This document shows positions 5,933-10,090 of a DNA stretch of 10,090 bases, one piece after another. The notes under the pieces were generated by a model, which worked only from the letters and a program-made list of their open reading frames with translations, was not told where the DNA came from and searched no databases. Source of the DNA: a candidate division WOR-3 bacterium (GTDB taxonomy: Bacteria; Hydrothermota; Tepidihabitantia; SM23-42; JAOAFX01); assembly GCA_037444665.1 (NCBI GenBank), contig JBBILZ010000070.1, positions 1-10,090 on the forward strand, given 5' to 3'. The first letter of the stretch is position 1. Every line of letters begins with the position of its first letter. The translations under genes were made by a program, and so were the position numbers.

Positions 5933-7200
5933 CGATTGTTGGCAGAAAAAATGTGGGTAAATCATCTATTTTTAATCGGTGTGTGGGTAAGAGGTTGAGT
6001 ATTGTTGATAAAACACCTGGCGTGACCAGGGACAGGGTCTATGGTGAAGTGTTATGGAAGGGCAGGATATTTAATCTTATTGATACTGGTGGTTTTTTTC
6101 CGGATGAAAACAATATTCTTGCAAGTAAGATTATGCATCAGATTGAAATTGCACTAAAGCAGGCTGATGTGATATATTTTGTGGTTGATGCCAGGCAGGG
6201 GTTAACATCTTCAGACCAGGAAATTGCCGAAATTGTGCGGCGTTTGGGAAAACCGGTTCTATTACTTGTTAATAAAGTAGACAATAAAAAACAAGAACCC
6301 TTGATAAATGATTTTTATAAACTTGGATTCAAAAAAATCTTTGCAGTCTCAGCTGAGGCAGGCATTGGATTTGGTGAGGTGCTTGACCAGACATTAAAAT
6401 ATCTTCCTGAAATGCGTGTGCAAACAAGGACCAATGTGATAAAGATTGCCATTTTAGGCAGGCCCAATGCAGGAAAATCTACACTCTTGAATTCAATTAT
6501 TAAAGAAGAAAGGGCAGTGGTTGATGAAAAGCCCGGTACCACCAGGGACCTGGTCAATGCAAGGTTTACTCTCAATGATAAATTGATTGAAATCATTGAT
6601 ACCTATGGTTTGAAAAAAAGAGCCCGCATAAAAGAGCCGATTGAATTCTATTCAATGATGCGGGTGATACATATTATTGATGAAATTGATATTGGAGTTG
6701 TGCTCTTTGATGTAACTCAGGGCGTGGTCCATGAAGACTGCCACATTGTCTCTTTATTGTTATCAAAGGCAAAAGGGATCATCATCGCACCGAATAAGAT
6801 TGATTTGACCAGGCAAAAGGATTATAATAAAATAATGGTTTCCACAAGACAATCATTCAGATTTGCGGATTTTGCACCGATCGTTCCAATTTCGGCAAAG
6901 TATAATACAGGTATACCTGAATTGTTAACACGCATACTTGATGTCTATGCAGAACTTAATAAAAGGGCAGACCCTAATTTATTAAAGAGATTGCCCTCAA
7001 TGCTTAAACCATTGCCTTCAGGTGAATTGTTAAAGATAAGTCAGTTAAAAACAAATCCGCCCATATTTCAGGTGACTGCAACCGCGCCATTAAAAGAGAA
7101 TTATATACAATTCCTCCGTAATTCATTGCGTAATTATTTCGGTTTTTCCGGTGCTCCGATATTGATAAAAACAAAAATTGTTAAATCAGGAATGAGATGA
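5920..7200 (+). CDS. der: Ribosome biogenesis GTPase Der (EngA), 426 aa
   Basis: Two tandem G domains: GRKNVGKS/PGVTRD/DTGG/NKVD and GRPNAGKS/PGTTRD/DTYG/NKID; C-terminal KH-like region ending LRNYFGFSGAPI. Confidence 0.97.
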   Translation: MATVAIVGRKNVGKSSIFNRCVGKRLSIVDKTPGVTRDRVYGEVLWKGRIFNLIDTGGFFPDENNILASKIMHQIEIALKQADVIYFVVDARQGLTSSDQEIAEIVRRLGKPVLLLVNKVDNKKQEPLINDFYKLGFKKIFAVSAEAGIGFGEVLDQTLKYLPEMRVQTRTNVIKIAILGRPNAGKSTLLNSIIKEERAVVDEKPGTTRDLVNARFTLNDKLIEIIDTYGLKKRARIKEPIEFYSMMRVIHIIDEIDIGVVLFDVTQGVVHEDCHIVSLLLSKAKGIIIAPNKIDLTRQKDYNKIMVSTRQSFRFADFAPIVPISAKYNTGIPELLTRILDVYAELNKRADPNLLKRLPSMLKPLPSGELLKISQLKTNPPIFQVTATAPLKENYIQFLRNSLRNYFGFSGAPILIKTKIVKSGMR

Positions 7201-7793
7201 ATTTGATAAATATTTTACTCTCTTTTGGCATTGGCTTGCTCTGTGGTATCATTCCATTTTCATATCTATTGGGTAGACTAAGGGGCGTGGACTTAAAGCA
7301 GACCGGTAGTGGAAATATTGGTGCTACAAATCTTGGTCGTTCTTTAGGCATCACATTCTTTATCATTGGATTTTTACTTGACGCGATAAAGGGATTCTTG
7401 CCAGTGCTGATTGCAAAATCAAACAACCTTATTCCTATTATTTCAGGTGCGGGTGCAATCCTGGGCCATATCTTTAATCCCTTTTTTAAGTTTAAGGGTG
7501 GCAAAGGTGTTGCTACAACCATTGGTGTTTTACTGGGTATTGTGCCGCTCCAGTTTTTAATCTCTATTGTAGTATGGCTGATTGTCTATTTAAGCACATA
7601 TATTGTTTCTCTGGCATCAATAAGTATTGCCATTGCGTTGCCCATCACCACTTTTGTTTTGAACAAAAGTTCGGTCAGCGAAAAAATTTTTATTCTTATT
7701 ATAAGTATTCTTATAATCTTTGCCCACCGCACAAACATCAAAAGATTAATGAATAAATCTGAACCCAGGACAATCTTCTGGAGGAAAAAATGA
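7197..7793 (+). CDS. plsY: Glycerol-3-phosphate 1-O-acyltransferase PlsY, 198 aa
   Basis: GSGNIGATN, D-A-I-K-G, GHIFNPFFKFKGGKGVAT, HRTNIKRL; ATGA overlap with der. Confidence 0.97.
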   Translation: MNLINILLSFGIGLLCGIIPFSYLLGRLRGVDLKQTGSGNIGATNLGRSLGITFFIIGFLLDAIKGFLPVLIAKSNNLIPIISGAGAILGHIFNPFFKFKGGKGVATTIGVLLGIVPLQFLISIVVWLIVYLSTYIVSLASISIAIALPITTFVLNKSSVSEKIFILIISILIIFAHRTNIKRLMNKSEPRTIFWRKK

Positions 7794-8779
7794 ATATTGC
7801 AATTCTTGGCTGTGGAAACTGGGGCTCAGTATTTGGAATTATCCAGGAAAGGAATGGGCACAAAATAAAGATATGGGAATTTGATAAGAAGCGCGCAATA
7901 TATGTTCAGAAGACCCGTGATAATCGTCCTTTTCTTGATAAATATAAAATTCCCGATTCAATCCTTGTTGATTGGCAACTTGAAAATGTCGTAAGGGACT
8001 CTGAACTTATTGTATTTGCCATACCCTGCCAGACATTGAGTTCTGTATTAAAAAAATTAAAAAAATATAATATATCAAACAGGATATTTTTGAATTTAAT
8101 AAAGGGTATTGAAATAAAGAGTTTACGATTGCCTTCAACAATCATTAGAAATGAAATTAATGTAAATGATTGTTTTGTCCTTTCTGGACCTTCCATTGCC
8201 AATGAGATAATAAGGGGTGAGCCGACCGCAGTTGTGCTCGCTGGAAAAGATTTAAAAAAGGCGATGGAACTCCAGCAAAATATTGCTACAAAAAATTTAA
8301 GGGTCTATCTTTCACAAGATGTTATCGGTGTAGAAATTGGTGGTGCGGTAAAGAATGTGCTGGCACTTGCCTGTGGAATTAGTGATGGCTTAGGATTTGG
8401 TGCCAATGCCAAAGGAGCCCTTATCTGCCGTGGAATCGTTGAGATTCAGCGATTGGGTATTAAGATGGGTGCTGACCCAAAGACATTTTATGGTCTTTCT
8501 GGGCTCGGCGACCTGATAACGACTTCATTCAGCGAAGAATCCAGAAACCATAAATTTGGCAAGATGCTTGGGCAGGGAAAGAGTTTTGGAGAAGTCAGAA
8601 AAAATTTTATTATGGTTGCAGAAGGTGTATCAACTGCAAAGGCAGTTAAAAAACTGGCAATGAAATATCAGGTTGATATGCCCATTTCCCAGGTTGTCTA
8701 TGATATTCTGTATAATAAAAAATCTCCGCTCCAGGGCTTAAAAAATTTAATGGAAAGACCATTAAAAAATGAATCATAA
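7790..8779 (+). CDS. gpsA: NAD(P)H-dependent glycerol-3-phosphate dehydrogenase, 329 aa
   Basis: Rossmann GCGNWG, KGIE, LSGPSIANE, DVIGVEIGGAVKNV, GLSGLGDLITT, SRN, VAEGV; ATGA overlap with plsY. Confidence 0.97.
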   Translation: MNIAILGCGNWGSVFGIIQERNGHKIKIWEFDKKRAIYVQKTRDNRPFLDKYKIPDSILVDWQLENVVRDSELIVFAIPCQTLSSVLKKLKKYNISNRIFLNLIKGIEIKSLRLPSTIIRNEINVNDCFVLSGPSIANEIIRGEPTAVVLAGKDLKKAMELQQNIATKNLRVYLSQDVIGVEIGGAVKNVLALACGISDGLGFGANAKGALICRGIVEIQRLGIKMGADPKTFYGLSGLGDLITTSFSEESRNHKFGKMLGQGKSFGEVRKNFIMVAEGVSTAKAVKKLAMKYQVDMPISQVVYDILYNKKSPLQGLKNLMERPLKNES

Positions 8780-8793
8780 AAAAAGGGGGTAAG

Positions 8794-9126
8794 ATGGAAG
8801 AAAAAGAATTTTATTCAATAAAAGAAGTGGCAGAGATGTTGGGAATACCTGCCTATGTTCTGCGCTACTGGGAAAAGGAGTTCCCCATGCTCAAGCCACA
8901 CCGGAACAGGCTGGGCAGGCGTTTTTACTCAAGAAAGGATATTGATATTGCCCGAATGATAAAGGTGATTCTGTATGAGCAGGGTTATACAATTGCCGGT
9001 GCCAAGAAAAAACTGGCAACGATCACTGAAGGTCCTGAACAACTTTCTTTACCATTAAAAGATACGATGAAGATTGTAAAGGAGTTAAAAGAAGAATTAA
9101 AAGAGATCCGCGCAAAACTTAAATAA
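8794..9126 (+). CDS. MerR-family HTH transcriptional regulator (short, no effector domain), 110 aa
   Basis: YSIKEVAEMLGIPAYVLRYWEKEFPMLKPHRNRLGRRFY...LYEQGYTIAGAKKKL; SD-like AAGGGGGT upstream; C-terminal coiled coil. Confidence 0.93.
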   Translation: MEEKEFYSIKEVAEMLGIPAYVLRYWEKEFPMLKPHRNRLGRRFYSRKDIDIARMIKVILYEQGYTIAGAKKKLATITEGPEQLSLPLKDTMKIVKELKEELKEIRAKLK

Positions 9127-9150
9127 AAAGTTGTAATCTGTTATAATCCA

Positions 9151-9660
9151 TTATCTTTCCTGCCATTCATCAAGTAGATTTACCATTGTGCTGACAACTT
9201 TATCAATTGCCCACTCAACCGCGGGAGAAATATCATCTTTAAAATTCAGGTTCTTCGGTTCTATGCCAAGGATTATTACCCTGGTTGGAATCGTTGTTTC
9301 AAGAAATTTTACAAGCATTGATAAAGGCATACGATGAGTAGAAACTTCATTTTCCTGGATCTTTTCTGGCTCAACAAGATATATTGTTCCTGGTCTTTTA
9401 CCGCTGATACAGGTATCAATGATGATGGTCAGGGAAGGTTGGAATTTTCTAATATCACCGGTAAAATTTTCCGGAGTATCACCACCATTTACCAGTATAA
9501 GATTTTTGAATTTACGCCTTTTTAATCTACACATAATCATTGCAATGGTTAGAGGTCCAACTGCATCATCCCCTTTTTGCGTATTCCCTATACCCATAAC
9601 ACAGATTCTTTCTGCCCTGTCACACTCTTTTTTTATAAAATTTAACCAGTTTTTTGTCAT
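9151..9660 (-). CDS. hycI: Hydrogenase maturation endopeptidase (HycI-like, peptidase A31), 169 aa
   Basis: MGIGN..KGDDAVG, GGDTPENFT, IIDT, STHRMPL, LGIEP motifs; the Asp/Asp/His metal-ligand pattern is retained. Confidence 0.9.
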   Translation of the reverse strand: MTKNWLNFIKKECDRAERICVMGIGNTQKGDDAVGPLTIAMIMCRLKRRKFKNLILVNGGDTPENFTGDIRKFQPSLTIIIDTCISGKRPGTIYLVEPEKIQENEVSTHRMPLSMLVKFLETTIPTRVIILGIEPKNLNFKDDISPAVEWAIDKVVSTMVNLLDEWQER

Positions 9661-9665
9661 TAGTT

Positions 9666-9697
9666 ATTATAATAATGTAAAACTGGGCTGAAGTCAA
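9666..9697 (-). promoter_or_regulatory. Sigma70-like promoter of the hycI-like gene, probably leaderless
   Basis: TTGACT (9697-9692). The -10 is either TATTAT (9674-9669, 17-bp spacer) or TATAAT (9671-9666, 20-bp spacer, 5 nt before ATG 9660). No SD present. Confidence 0.6.
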
Positions 9698-9750
9698 TAA
9701 TAAACAGCAAACGTTAACACACATCGTTACCAGTTTAGAAAGGCTTGAGA

Positions 9751-9827
9751 GGGCTAAAGGGCAAAAAGGGTGAATATGGGAGAAGGATACCAAAGGGTTA
9801 TCAAGGGGAATAAAGGGTAATCAAGGG
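9751..9827 (+). repeat. Purine-rich GGG-tract array; second half is a 10-mer tandem repeat; two G3N1-7 quadruplex-pattern motifs
   Basis: GGG-CTAAA-GGG-CAAAAA-GGG-TGAATAT-GGG (9751-9780) and CAAAGGGTTA TCAAGGGGAA TAAAGGGTAA TCAAGGGATA (9791-9830). Confidence 0.75.
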
Positions 9828-9886
9828 ATAGGAGGATATGTGGATTTGAAGTTGAGTGGTTGCGTGGATGTAAAGATGGGGAGATA
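9823..9886 (+). repeat. Degenerate octamer tandem repeat NNNR-G(A/T)T-N x8
   Basis: aaggGATa ggagGATa tgtgGATt tgaaGTTg agtgGTTg cgtgGATg taaaGATg gggaGATa. Confidence 0.7.
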
Positions 9887-9889
9887 GGA

Positions 9890-9924
9890 AATAGTAAGTA
9901 GTATGTAGTAGGTAGTAAGTAGCG
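9890..9924 (+). repeat. Heptamer tandem repeat (NGTAGTA-like)x5, inverted near-copy of 2552-2584
   Basis: AATAGTA AGTAGTA TGTAGTA GGTAGTA AGTAGCG. Confidence 0.9.
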
Positions 9925-9942
9925 TTCAGTTTCAACTGGACG
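9919..9942 (+). repeat. GTAG-type REP-like palindrome (GTAGCGT family)
   Basis: GTAG-CGTTCAGTT-TC-AACTGGACG, 9-bp stem with one T:G pair. Confidence 0.78.
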
Positions 9943-9966
9943 AAAAATTTTCAGATTTATAACCTA

Positions 9967-9989
9967 TGCCCGATAAATCGGGCAACTAC
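9967..9989 (-). repeat. GTAG-type REP-like palindrome (GTAGTTGC family)
   Basis: Minus strand GTAGT-TGCCCGAT-TT-ATCGGGCA; 9970-9990 is identical to 4454-4474 over 21 nt. Confidence 0.85.
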
Positions 9990-10042
9990 AGTTCGTTTGT
10001 ATGGTTGAAATCAGTTTGTGTAATTTCTATTTAATCTTTCTT

Positions 10043-10066
10043 GTAGCGTCCATCTTTAGATGGACG
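10043..10066 (+). repeat. GTAG-type REP-like palindrome (GTAGCGT family)
   Basis: GTAG-CGTCCATCT-TT-AGATGGACG, perfect 9-bp stem. Confidence 0.8.
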
Positions 10067-10090
10067 ATGCTTTTATCTTAAAAGAATTAC

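Noticed and set aside
5920..7200. Der inactivation or pseudogene because of the GRKNVGKS and DTYG variants and a compact C-terminus
   Set aside because: Invariant G1-G4 residues are intact in both domains, the frame is uninterrupted and the length is near normal.
5192..9691. Track ORFs 5192-5422, 5697-5879, 6315-6596, 7181-7522, 7574-7756, 7906-8202, 9334-9525 and 9419-9691
   Set aside because: Antisense or alternate-frame shadows of well-supported genes with no recognisable motifs.
2552..9922. Composite transposon or invertible cassette bounded by the inverted heptamer strings
   Set aside because: The enclosed genes are core housekeeping genes, there is no transposase or recombinase, and no target-site duplication is evident; a dispersed repeat is the simpler explanation.
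9740..10066. CRISPR array
   Set aside because: No constant 23-47 nt repeat separated by unique spacers of uniform length, and no cas genes.

Overview
AT-rich bacterial chromosomal window. The protein styles suggest an uncultured lineage such as candidate phylum WOR-3, which is an unverified inference. Left: a large minus-strand CDS absent from the ORF track (2062 to the window edge, at least 687 codons, no stop) encodes a probably secreted protein with two different beta-propeller-like repeat regions, behind a ~220-nt structured leader. Next on the minus strand are a two-permease carbohydrate ABC transporter pair and a 69-aa protein. Divergent from these is the housekeeping operon DUF512 Fe-S protein-der(engA)-plsY-gpsA-MerR-type regulator, followed by a convergent stand-alone HycI-type hydrogenase maturation protease. 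The unusual content is non-coding. The three large intergenic gaps (2063-2330, 4350-4711, 9661-10090) hold GTAG-footed REP-like hairpins of three sequence types with compensatory base changes, short tandem repeats of period 5, 7, 8 and 10, and two G-quadruplex-pattern tracts. Four sigma70-like promoters have 16-bp spacers, and three genes look leaderless, with a -10 box exactly 5 nt before the ATG. No rRNA, tRNA, CRISPR array or transposase gene was seen.
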